A stretch of DNA of 23,902 nucleotides from Planctomycetota bacterium. Lineage in GTDB: Bacteria > Planctomycetota > UBA1135 > UBA2386. This document shows positions 8,573 to 16,910 of this stretch, piece by piece. The notes below the pieces were generated by a model, which saw only the letters and a program-made list of their open reading frames with translations, did no database searches and was not told the DNA's origin. The stretch's first letter is position 1. Each line of letters begins with the position of its first letter. The stretch lies in assembly GCA_947501605.1 (NCBI GenBank), contig CANMWZ010000050.1, positions 1-23,902 of the forward strand, written 5' to 3'. Made by a program: the position numbers and the translations under genes.

Positions 8573-9439
8573 ATGAGTTCGATCGTCCAGATCATGCGCA
8601 CGCTGCGCTCGATGCCGCCGCTGCCCGATGTCGCAGAGCGCGTCATGGCCATCGTCCGCAACCAGGACTTCGCGATGACCGACCTGGTCGCGGTCGTGAA
8701 GACCGACCCGGCGCTGACGACGCGGATCCTCAAGCTCTGTAACTCATCGCTGTTTGGACTCGCGCGCGAGGTCAGTTCGGTCGCCGAGGCTGTGACCTAC
8801 ATCGGCTCGCGCAACCTGGTCAAGCTCGTGCTCGTCACGTGCACGGGCTCGTACTTCCGCAATCTGCCGCAGAATGACTACGCCGACCCGGCGCAGATGT
8901 GGCAGCAGACCTTGGCATGCTCGACCGCCTGCCAAGCACTCGCCGAGCGTACTCGCTACGCGCAACCATCAGCAGCGTTCACTGCTGGCATCTTGCACAA
9001 CATCGGCCGCATCGCCCTCTTGCAGGTCCTCGACCCCGAGGTGATGGCGGTCGCAGCCCGTGAGCTTGTGGACACGACCGCCCAGCCGCTGGAAGTCGAG
9101 CAACGTTTGTTCGGCCTCGATCACGCCGCGGCCAGTGGCATCGTCGCCGACTCGTGGAACCTGCCGATCGAACTGCGACGCGCCGTGCGCAATCACCACG
9201 ATGACGCCCACATTGCCAGCGACGATCCGCTGACGGCTCTGCTGCACACGGCCGATGAACTGGTCATGAGTCTCGGGATCGGAGATCCGCAACCGCTGCG
9301 GCCGCACACGCCCAGTCCGGTAGCCCTGCAACGACTCGCCCTTGGTGCCGAAGACTTGGAGGCCGTGGGGCAGCTCGTGACCACCGAACTCGCTCGGGTC
9401 GGAAAGCTGCTGAACCCAGAGCCCGCTCTCAGCCGATAG
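8573..9439 (+). CDS. HDOD domain signalling protein
   Basis: MPPLPDVA, DPALTTRILKLCNSSLFG, AFTAGILHNIGR, FGLDHA, WNLP and NHH are typical HDOD motifs. Confidence 0.92.
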   Translation: MSSIVQIMRTLRSMPPLPDVAERVMAIVRNQDFAMTDLVAVVKTDPALTTRILKLCNSSLFGLAREVSSVAEAVTYIGSRNLVKLVLVTCTGSYFRNLPQNDYADPAQMWQQTLACSTACQALAERTRYAQPSAAFTAGILHNIGRIALLQVLDPEVMAVAARELVDTTAQPLEVEQRLFGLDHAAASGIVADSWNLPIELRRAVRNHHDDAHIASDDPLTALLHTADELVMSLGIGDPQPLRPHTPSPVALQRLALGAEDLEAVGQLVTTELARVGKLLNPEPALSR

Positions 9440-9473
9440 CAACCGAGAGCCGAAGGCCGCGATTCGCGGTCCG

Positions 9474-9758
9474 GTGGAGGGCAACTTGGGCGACAAACAC
9501 CTGCGCATCGATGACTCTGCGCTGACGCAGATGCTCGTGCTGCAAGGCCATGCTGGCCGGCAGCGCGGTGCCGATCTGTTCGCGTCAGGAGCCGACCGAG
9601 CGCAGCCGCCGTCCACCACCGCGGCCTTTGACCTGATCACCTTGGACTTCGCCAACGAGCGCAGTGAGGACCGAGGCGGCGCCTTCGCTGTCAGCAACGA
9701 CGCGCAGACGTCGATCGGGGCGAAGGACCGCTGCCGCGAAACGCCCCCTCCTGCCTGA
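9474..9758 (+). CDS. hypothetical small protein
   Basis: 94-aa ORF filling the gap between co-directional genes. No RBS and no recognisable motif. Confidence 0.35.
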   Translation: MEGNLGDKHLRIDDSALTQMLVLQGHAGRQRGADLFASGADRAQPPSTTAAFDLITLDFANERSEDRGGAFAVSNDAQTSIGAKDRCRETPPPA

Positions 9759-9776
9759 CCTGAGCCACGATCCCCG

Positions 9777-10841
9777 ATGTCCACGACAACCCTCAACCAG
9801 GGGACTGGCAAGGAGCTGCGAAAACTGTTCGCGAAGCTCGCCGAGTCGATCCGCGAGACGCTGGGCTCGCTGGTCGGTCGTGAGCTTAATGCCCAACCGG
9901 TCGAGTTCAGCATCGGCGATGCGGAGTCGCTGCAGGCGGGCCTTGGTCGCAGTCATGCGGTTGTGCGCGGCGCCCTCGACAAGGACTACGCCGGCAAGAC
10001 CCTGTGCACCCTCATCGACGTAGGCGACGCGTGCACGATGGCGGGCCTGTTGATGATGACGCCCGAGAACGTGATCGAGCAGCGGCGCCAGGGCGGGAAG
10101 CTCGAGGGCGAAGACAAGGAAGCGTTTGGCGAACTCGCCAACGTGCTTTGCTCGGGCATAAGCGCAACGTTGCGCGCCGACGTCACCAACGTCGACATCC
10201 GCCTGCAAGACCACGGCGTGCTGTCGCCTGGCAGCGATGCGCTCGCGCTTCTGCCTTCAGGCCCGTTGGTCCTGTGCAAGGTCAAGCTGCGCATCGAGGG
10301 CTATCCAGAAGGTCATGCGTGGATCGTGGTCGACCGCCCCACGGCAGAGGCTTGGAACAAGGGTGTGCTCGACGACGCACCGACGGTCGTTGCGGCACCA
10401 ATCGCACCGGTCGCCAATGCGCCTGCCGCAGACGGATCTCGAGCCAGCGAAGAGGACGTCGAGGACATCCCGGCTGCTCCGATTCGCGGCGTGCTCCATG
10501 CCTACCTCGCGTCGGCCGAGCTACTCCGCGTACTTCGACGCAGCTGCCGTCGCGTTGGCCTCGACTTGCGCCGCCATGGCCGCGCCGAGGTTCCCAATCC
10601 TGCTGCGCACCGCGGTGAGATCGTGCTGCTGGACGTTCCCACTGGCGAAGAGCGGCGCATCGACTGGGGCAAGCGACTGAAGGAGTACCCCGGCGGCGAG
10701 ACCAAAGTCGTGTTGCTTCTCCATCGCCCATCGCGGGCCCGAGTCACGCATGCGTTTCGCAGCCAAGCGGACGTCATCCTGGGCCTTCCCGTCGAAGAAC
10801 CGCAGTTGTCGGCGAAGTTCAACTCCCTGTTGGAGCCGTGA
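9777..10841 (+). CDS. CheC/CheX/FliY-like phosphatase domain fused to an atypical receiver domain
   Basis: TLGSLVGRE, AGLLMM and EAFGELANVL (ExxN phosphatase site); Pro/Ala linker; C-terminal receiver-like pattern IVLLDV...KVVLL...ADVILGLPVEEPQL. Confidence 0.75.
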   Translation: MSTTTLNQGTGKELRKLFAKLAESIRETLGSLVGRELNAQPVEFSIGDAESLQAGLGRSHAVVRGALDKDYAGKTLCTLIDVGDACTMAGLLMMTPENVIEQRRQGGKLEGEDKEAFGELANVLCSGISATLRADVTNVDIRLQDHGVLSPGSDALALLPSGPLVLCKVKLRIEGYPEGHAWIVVDRPTAEAWNKGVLDDAPTVVAAPIAPVANAPAADGSRASEEDVEDIPAAPIRGVLHAYLASAELLRVLRRSCRRVGLDLRRHGRAEVPNPAAHRGEIVLLDVPTGEERRIDWGKRLKEYPGGETKVVLLLHRPSRARVTHAFRSQADVILGLPVEEPQLSAKFNSLLEP

Positions 10842-11034
10842 ACGACTGCGTGCCCCCGGCGCGGAATCGCTGGACCTCCTCGTGCGTACGCTCGGCGGCC
10901 TCGGCGATCAACCGCAGCGCGTCGAGGCAGGCTTGCTGGTCGTCGAGCGCTCGCGCTGCGGCCACCTGCATCTGGATCGTGCCGAGCAGGTTGTTGACGC
11001 GGTGCAGAAGGTCATCGATCGGAGCGCGGGCCAT
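10819..11034 (-). CDS. small stand-alone HisKA/DHp-like protein
   Basis: 71 aa; LLHRVNNLLGTI H-box-like motif followed by a second amphipathic helix; GC-rich third positions; TAGCGT -10-like hexamer 9 nt upstream. Confidence 0.6.
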   Translation of the reverse strand: MARAPIDDLLHRVNNLLGTIQMQVAAARALDDQQACLDALRLIAEAAERTHEEVQRFRAGGTQSFTAPTGS

Positions 11035-11053
11035 GGCCGGCGAACGCTACTCG

Positions 11054-11078
11054 CCACTGTTGTGGTCCGCGACAGTGG
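11054..11078. promoter_or_regulatory. palindrome, candidate enhancer-binding protein site (UAS)
   Basis: CCACTGT-N11-ACAGTGG perfect 7-bp inverted repeat, about 100-120 bp upstream of the predicted sigma-54 start site. Confidence 0.4.
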
Positions 11079-11149
11079 TTCGTTGTGCGATGCATCGGTT
11101 CATCGTGTCGGGGTCGTCGCCGAGCCACGACATGTAGTGGTTCTGCCCA

Positions 11150-11165
11150 TGGCACTGGGATTGCA
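11150..11165 (+). promoter_or_regulatory. sigma-54 (-24/-12) promoter of the fliO-flhG operon
   Basis: TGGCAC-TGGGA-TTGCA matches TGGCAC-N5-TTGCW with exact GG-N10-GC spacing, directly before the first gene of the operon. Confidence 0.8.
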
Positions 11166-11179
11166 ATCGCGCGGGCAGA

Positions 11180-11869
11180 ATGGCGATGCCCTCGAACCGC
11201 AAGTGGTTGCTCCTCCCCCCTGCCGTAGCCCTGCTCATCGTGCTGGGTCCGCTGTCGATGCGCAGCGAACCGGCGCGGACTCAGGACCCTGCGCCGGCGC
11301 CGACTCAACTGCCCGTTCCGACCGCACCCGTCGCGGGTGACTCGAAGTCCGCACCGCTACCGATTCCGCGCACCCCCGATCTCTGGCAGGTCGGATCGAC
11401 CCTGTTCGGCGTGCTGCTCCTCGGTGGCGCGACCCTGATGGTGCTGCGACGCATGCGCCAGGCGCCCGCCACCGGCAACACCGGCACCGTGACCTTGCGC
11501 CAGACGCTGCGACTGTCGCCGCGCCAGACGTTGCACGCGGTCGAGTTCGACGGTCGCGTGCTGTTGCTCGGCTCCAGCGATCGCGGACTGCAGTTGCTCC
11601 ACGCCGGTGGCCAGAGCACCGACGCCCTCGCCGATGAGCTCGCCGTGGCGGCCTCGACGCGAGCGCTCGCAGACGACCTGGAAGAGGACGGGGCCGTGCC
11701 CAAGAACCTCGTGATCCCGCGGCCACCGCTGCCCTCTCGCCGCTTGCCCACGCAACCCGTGTCGCCCGCACCAGTGGCGACTGCTGCAACCGTCTCGCCT
11801 CGGACCACCTCGCCGGCGCGCGCCCTGTTCAACGACTTCCGCACCTTGCTCGCCAAGGCCGGCCGCTGA
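11180..11869 (+). CDS. fliO: flagellar biosynthesis protein FliO/FliZ
   Basis: N-terminal hydrophobic segment, TM VGSTLFGVLLLGGATLMVL, then TLRLSPRQTLHAVEFDGRVLLLG (FliO core). TGATG-coupled to fliP. Confidence 0.8.
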   Translation: MAMPSNRKWLLLPPAVALLIVLGPLSMRSEPARTQDPAPAPTQLPVPTAPVAGDSKSAPLPIPRTPDLWQVGSTLFGVLLLGGATLMVLRRMRQAPATGNTGTVTLRQTLRLSPRQTLHAVEFDGRVLLLGSSDRGLQLLHAGGQSTDALADELAVAASTRALADDLEEDGAVPKNLVIPRPPLPSRRLPTQPVSPAPVATAATVSPRTTSPARALFNDFRTLLAKAGR

Positions 11870-12669
11870 TGCGCACGTTCCTGCTGACCCTGCTGATTGT
11901 CCTCAACTGCCTCGGTGCCGTTCGCGCCCAGGCTCCAGCCACAGTGCCGGTCGGTCCGCCCGTAGCGCCACAAGCTGCGCCGGCTGCTCCGCAATCACCT
12001 GGGGTCACGCTGACACTCAACACCGGTGACGATCGCAAGAACATCGGTACCGCGATCGAGATCGTGCTGCTGATGACGATCCTCTCCATGGCGCCAGCAC
12101 TCGTCATGACGATGACGTGCTTCACGCGCATCGTCGTGGTGCTGTCGTTCTTGAAGCGGGCGATGTCGATGCAAGACTTGCCGCCGGCGCTCGTCACGAC
12201 GGGCTTTGCGCTCTTCATGACCGTGTTCGTCATGCGCCCTGTTGCGACCGACATCTACGAACGCGCCTACATTCCGTACATCGAACAGAAGATGGACTGG
12301 CGCGAGGCTGGCGAGATCGCAGCGCAACGCATGAACGAGTTCTTGCTGAAGCAGACGCGCGAAGAGGACATCGCCCTGATCCTCGAACTCAGCAAGACCG
12401 CACGTCCGGCGAGCGCCGCCGACACGCCGATGCACGTCTCGGTCCCGGCCTTCGTGCTCTCCGAGATCAAGACGAGCTTCCAAATGGGCTTCGTCCTCTT
12501 CCTGCCCTTCGTCGTCATCGACCTGGTCATCAGCTCGATCCTCGTCTCGATGGGCATGTTCACACTCCCGCCGGTCGTCGTCTCGACGCCGCTCAAGCTG
12601 CTGCTGTTCGTGCTCGTTGGCGGCTGGGACCTCGTCGTCGTCTCGCTCGCCGAGAGCTTCACCGCCTGA
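11869..12669 (+). CDS. fliP: flagellar export gate protein FliP
   Basis: MTCFTRIVVVLSFLKRA, PAFVLSEIKTSFQMGF, FLPFVVIDLV, LPPVVVSTPLKLLLFVLVGGW; cleavable-type signal peptide as in flagellar FliP. Confidence 0.97.
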   Translation: MRTFLLTLLIVLNCLGAVRAQAPATVPVGPPVAPQAAPAAPQSPGVTLTLNTGDDRKNIGTAIEIVLLMTILSMAPALVMTMTCFTRIVVVLSFLKRAMSMQDLPPALVTTGFALFMTVFVMRPVATDIYERAYIPYIEQKMDWREAGEIAAQRMNEFLLKQTREEDIALILELSKTARPASAADTPMHVSVPAFVLSEIKTSFQMGFVLFLPFVVIDLVISSILVSMGMFTLPPVVVSTPLKLLLFVLVGGWDLVVVSLAESFTA

Positions 12670-12678
12670 TCTATCACC

Positions 12679-12954
12679 ATGGACCAGTCCACCATCCTCG
12701 ACCTCTGCCGCTCGACGCTGACCACCGCATTGGTTCTCGTCGCGCCGGCCCTGCTCGTCGGCATGACCGTCGGGCTTGCCGTCAGCTTGTTCCAAACCTT
12801 GACCTCGTTGCAGGAACAGACGCTGACCATCGTCCCCAAGATGCTCGCCGTCGTTGCCACCTTGCTCATGCTGCTGCCCTGGATCCTCGGCACGCTCGTC
12901 GAGTTCACCAGTTCGCTGATGCGCAACCTCGCCGAGTACGGCAGAGCCGGCTAG
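12679..12954 (+). CDS. fliQ: flagellar export gate protein FliQ
   Basis: GLAVSLFQTLTSLQEQTLTIVPK motif; 91 aa. Confidence 0.97.
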   Translation: MDQSTILDLCRSTLTTALVLVAPALLVGMTVGLAVSLFQTLTSLQEQTLTIVPKMLAVVATLLMLLPWILGTLVEFTSSLMRNLAEYGRAG

Positions 12955-12956
12955 CG

Positions 12957-13724
12957 ATGGACCTCACGCTGCTCGAAGGCCATGCGATCGCGATGCTCAT
13001 GCACTTGGTGCGGGCCGGCGCGTTCCTGTCCGTCGTGCCATTCTTTGGCCGGCAGCGTGACTCTTTCTTCCTCCGTCTCATCCTGTCGGTCTCGCTCGGC
13101 AGCATGTTCTGGTGGAACGGCCAGCACACGATCGCCGTGCCGAGTTCCCTGGTCGAACTGACCGTGGTCGCCGCCGGCGAGTGCCTCATCGGGTTCGCGC
13201 TCGGCTTCGCGCTGTCGCTGCTCACCGCGATGCTGTCCTCGGCCGGTGAGATCGTCAGCAACGAAATGGGCTTCGCCATGGCGCGGGCGCTCGACCCGGA
13301 CAGCGGCGGCAGTTCGAGCGTGGTCGCGCAGCTCTTCCAGATCTTCGGCTTCTTGCTCGTGCTGCAACTCAACATCCATCACGAAGCGCTCCGCATCCTG
13401 CAGCAGACCTTCGAAGCCTGCCCGATCGGCGAGCCGTTCCGCATCGAACCGATGTGGCTCGGCATCCAAGCCATGGTCGGCGGCGGCGTCGTCTGCGCGT
13501 TGCAGTACGCCTTCCCCCTGCTCGCAGTGATGCTGCTGCTCACCGTCGGCCTCGTGCTGTTCGGCCGCGCGGTGCCCAACGTCAACCTGATGGAGTTCAG
13601 CTTCACCATCCGTGTGCTCGTGGCAATGATCGCCGCGATCTACTTCTTGTCGGCCGGCACGCCGTTTCTCGAACGCACGTTCGAGAGCTTCCTCGTGACC
13701 ACTCGGTCCATGTTCCCCGTCTGA
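12957..13724 (+). CDS. fliR: flagellar export gate protein FliR
   Basis: Hydrophobic 255 aa; R...PFFG, GECLIGFALG, AGEIVSNEMGF, GRAVPNVN; lies between fliQ and flhB. Real start is ATG 12957 inside the long ORF-track call. Confidence 0.93.
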   Translation: MDLTLLEGHAIAMLMHLVRAGAFLSVVPFFGRQRDSFFLRLILSVSLGSMFWWNGQHTIAVPSSLVELTVVAAGECLIGFALGFALSLLTAMLSSAGEIVSNEMGFAMARALDPDSGGSSSVVAQLFQIFGFLLVLQLNIHHEALRILQQTFEACPIGEPFRIEPMWLGIQAMVGGGVVCALQYAFPLLAVMLLLTVGLVLFGRAVPNVNLMEFSFTIRVLVAMIAAIYFLSAGTPFLERTFESFLVTTRSMFPV

Positions 13725-13735
13725 GCTGAATCATC

Positions 13736-14812
13736 ATGTTCGGGGACGACCAAGGAAGAACGGAGAAGGCCACGCCAGGGCGGCTCAACGAAGCGCGCAA
13801 CCGCGGCGACACGCACCTATCGCGCGAGCTCCAGACCGGCGCCACGCTACTCACGGCCGCGATCGCGCTCCGCTGGTTCGGCGGTTGGCTGCTGCAGAGC
13901 CTCGCGTCGGCACTGCAGTTCGGTCTGACCCTCGACATGAAGGCGCATCCCGTCAGCAACGGTGACGTGCCCGGCGCCTACACCGAGATCCTGACGATGC
14001 TGGCGCTGATCGCCACGCCGACGATGCTGTTGCTGGCGACGCTGCTGCTGGCAGCGGCGATTGCGGGTTACGCCCAGATCGGCTTCCACTTCTCGACCGA
14101 GGTCCTGCAGTTCAAGCTCGAGCGCCTCAATCCCGCATCCAACTGGAAGAAGCTGCTCAACATCCAGGGCATCGTGCGCACGACGTTTGCACTGGTGAAG
14201 CTCGCAGTACTCGTCGGCGTCATCTCGATCGTCCTTCAGGATCGCTGGGTCGAACTCTCGAACCTGCCCGACCAGGACTTCCCCGTGGGCATGCGCATCG
14301 TCGCCGACCTCTCGATGTCGGTACTGCTGTGGGTCGCAGTCGTCGTGTTCCTCATCGCCGCAGCCGACGTCATCTGGCAACGCTTCGAGTTTCAGAAGCG
14401 CAACATGATGACCAAGCAAGAAGTCGAGGACGAGCGCAAGCGCAGCGAGGGTGACCCGATGATCAAGAGTCGTTTGCGCCAGGCGCGAATCGAACTCCTC
14501 AAGCATCGGATGATGCAAGCTGTGCCCAAGGCCGACGTCGTGATCACCAATCCGACGCACTACGCCATCGCTCTGCGCTACGACCGCAAGAAGAACATCG
14601 CCCCCGAAGTGGTCGCCAAGGGCGTGGATGCCATGGCTGCACGCATTCGTGAGCTCGCTCGCGAGAACAACGTGCCGCTGATGGAGGACCCGCCACTCGC
14701 GCGCGCCTTGTTCCGCGCCGTCAAGGTCGGCGAAGAGATCCCAGCCCGCTTCTTCGAGGCTGTCGCCACGGTCTTGAGCCACGTCTACCGCCTGAAGAAC
14801 CGAGTCGCGTGA
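13736..14812 (+). CDS. flhB: flagellar export substrate-specificity switch FlhB
   Basis: TEKAT...SRE, MTKQEVEDERKRSEGDP, NPTH autocleavage motif, APEVVAKG, PPLARALF. Confidence 0.97.
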   Translation: MFGDDQGRTEKATPGRLNEARNRGDTHLSRELQTGATLLTAAIALRWFGGWLLQSLASALQFGLTLDMKAHPVSNGDVPGAYTEILTMLALIATPTMLLLATLLLAAAIAGYAQIGFHFSTEVLQFKLERLNPASNWKKLLNIQGIVRTTFALVKLAVLVGVISIVLQDRWVELSNLPDQDFPVGMRIVADLSMSVLLWVAVVVFLIAAADVIWQRFEFQKRNMMTKQEVEDERKRSEGDPMIKSRLRQARIELLKHRMMQAVPKADVVITNPTHYAIALRYDRKKNIAPEVVAKGVDAMAARIRELARENNVPLMEDPPLARALFRAVKVGEEIPARFFEAVATVLSHVYRLKNRVA

Positions 14813-14816
14813 CCCC

Positions 14817-16874
14817 ATGACGAACCTCGCCGACCCCAAACCGCAACGCAACCAGGCGCTGGCGGTCTGCTTCCTCGGCATCCTCGCCGTGATGATCGTG
14901 CCGCTGCCGCCGATCCTGCTGGACGCGATGTTGTGCATCAACATCTCGATCAGCCTGCTCGTCGTCATGTCGGTGCTCAATGCCTCGCGGCCGACTGAGT
15001 TCAGCACGTTCCCGACGGTGCTGCTGTTCACAGCCTTGTTCCGGCTGTCGCTCAACGTGGCGTCGACGCGACTCATCCTGCTCGACGGCAATGCCGGCAG
15101 TGTGATCACGACGTTTGGCAACTTCGTCATCGGTGGCCAACCGGTCGTCGGCGTGATCGTGTTCTTGATCCTGATCGTGATCCAGTTCGTCGTGATCACC
15201 AAAGGCCAGAACCGCATCAGCGAAGTCGCTGCGCGCTTCACCTTGGATGCCATGCCGGGCAAGCAGATGTCGATCGATGCCGACCTCAACGCCGGCTTGA
15301 TCACCAACGAAGAAGCCAAGGCGCGCCGCAAGGCCCTGACCCAGGAAGCGGAGTTCTATGGCGCGATGGACGGCGCCGGCAAGTTCGTCCGCGGTGACGC
15401 CGTCGCCGGCCTGATAATCACTAGCATCAACATCGTCGGCGGGCTCGTGATGGGCATGGTCTACCGCAACCTCGGTTTCGGCGAGGCCCTGGAGACCTAC
15501 ACCATCCTGACAGTCGGCGACGGACTGGTGTCGCAGATTCCCGGTCTCATGGTTTCGACTGCGTCGGGCATCCTCGTCACCAAGGGCGCCAGCGAAGAAG
15601 GCATCGCCCACGAGATGGGGCAACAGATGCTGAAGAGCGCACGCGTCCTCCGCGGCGTCGCCGGCGTGTTGGTGGTGATGTCGCTGCTGCCTGGCATGCC
15701 GACCGCGCTCTTCTGGTCGGTCGCCGGCGGCATGATGCTCTATGCCACCGCGCTCGACGTCCGCCAAGTCAACGAGAAGCGAGCGAAGGACGCAGCCGAC
15801 GCACCGCCCGCAGCCGCCGATGCAGCGCACGCTCCGATCGAGGACCTGTTGACCGTCGACCGCCTCGGCATCGAGATCGGCTATCGCCTGATCGGACTCG
15901 TCGAACCGGGGCGCCACGGCGGCCTGCTCGACCACATTCGCTCGGTGCGTCGCCAGTTTGCGCAGAACCTCGGCCTCGTCGTGCCTCCCATTCGCGTGCG
16001 CGACAATGTGCAACTCGATCCCAACGCCTACCGGATCGTCCTCGGCGGCCAAGAGGTCGCGCGCGGCGAACTGCGCGCCGGCCAGTTCCTCGCTATGGAT
16101 CCGAGTGGCACCGCACCCGCCATCCCTGGCGTCGAGACCATCGAGCCTGCGTTTGGTCTGCCGGCGCGCTGGATCCCCGAGACCGAGAAGGACCGCGCCG
16201 AGCTGCGCGGCTACACGGTCATCGACGCACCGTCGGTGTTGGTCACGCATCTCACCGAAGCGCTCAAGAAGATCGCGGGCGAGCTCCTGTCGCGCGACGA
16301 CGTGAAGTCGCTCATCGACAACCTCAAGAAGACCTCGCCGGCCGTCGTCGACGAACTGATTCCCGGCCAGCTCAGCCTCGGCCAAGTGCAACGCATCCTG
16401 TCGAGCTTGCTCAAGGAAGGCGTGCCGATTCGCAACCTGCAGACGATCCTCGAAGCACTGGCGGACGCCTGTGTCGACACCAAGGACGTTCCTAAGCTGG
16501 TCGAGCACGTGCGCACTCGCATCGCGCGCACCATCGTCGAGCCGCATCTCGACGCGAGCGGCACGCTTCACGCTGCCTTCCTCGATCCCGAACTCGAACG
16601 CCAGCTCAGCGAAGCGCTCGCCGGTACGGAAGGCATCGCCAACCTGCCCAGTGGCTTTCTCGGTCGCTTCGTCGACAACACTGCAACGGCGCTCGCGGAC
16701 ATGGCCAAGAAGGGCCGCGATCCCGTCCTCGTCACTCGTGCGACCCTGCGTCCGTTCTTGGCCGAGGCCATCGCCGGCGTGATCCCCAACGCTGCGGTCC
16801 TCAGCTACCAGGAGACCGCTCCGGCCAAGCGGATCGAAACCACGCAACGCATCGCCGTCGCCCAGAGCGCCTGA
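14817..16874 (+). CDS. flhA: flagellar export ring protein FlhA
   Basis: FRLSLNVASTR, RISEVAARFTLDAMPGKQMSIDADL, FYGAMDGAGKFVRGDA, GDGLVSQIP, EGVPIRNL. Confidence 0.98.
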   Translation: MTNLADPKPQRNQALAVCFLGILAVMIVPLPPILLDAMLCINISISLLVVMSVLNASRPTEFSTFPTVLLFTALFRLSLNVASTRLILLDGNAGSVITTFGNFVIGGQPVVGVIVFLILIVIQFVVITKGQNRISEVAARFTLDAMPGKQMSIDADLNAGLITNEEAKARRKALTQEAEFYGAMDGAGKFVRGDAVAGLIITSINIVGGLVMGMVYRNLGFGEALETYTILTVGDGLVSQIPGLMVSTASGILVTKGASEEGIAHEMGQQMLKSARVLRGVAGVLVVMSLLPGMPTALFWSVAGGMMLYATALDVRQVNEKRAKDAADAPPAAADAAHAPIEDLLTVDRLGIEIGYRLIGLVEPGRHGGLLDHIRSVRRQFAQNLGLVVPPIRVRDNVQLDPNAYRIVLGGQEVARGELRAGQFLAMDPSGTAPAIPGVETIEPAFGLPARWIPETEKDRAELRGYTVIDAPSVLVTHLTEALKKIAGELLSRDDVKSLIDNLKKTSPAVVDELIPGQLSLGQVQRILSSLLKEGVPIRNLQTILEALADACVDTKDVPKLVEHVRTRIARTIVEPHLDASGTLHAAFLDPELERQLSEALAGTEGIANLPSGFLGRFVDNTATALADMAKKGRDPVLVTRATLRPFLAEAIAGVIPNAAVLSYQETAPAKRIETTQRIAVAQSA

Positions 16875-16910
16875 CCGCCGACCCAGATTTCGCACCTCTA
16901 GAGCACCACC

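Noticed and set aside
10838..11137. Plus-strand 99-aa ORF coupled to the CheC fusion gene
   Set aside because: Ser/Arg/Cys-rich and not protein-like; the opposite-strand 71-aa ORF has better codon pattern and a motif.
12117..12956. Apparent 280-aa N-terminal extension of FliR
   Set aside because: Overlaps fliP and fliQ in another frame; the FliR sequence begins at ATG 12957.
11180..16874. Non-flagellar type III secretion system (injectisome)
   Set aside because: FliO, a signal-peptide-bearing FliP, FlhF, FlhG and FliA all point to a flagellar system.
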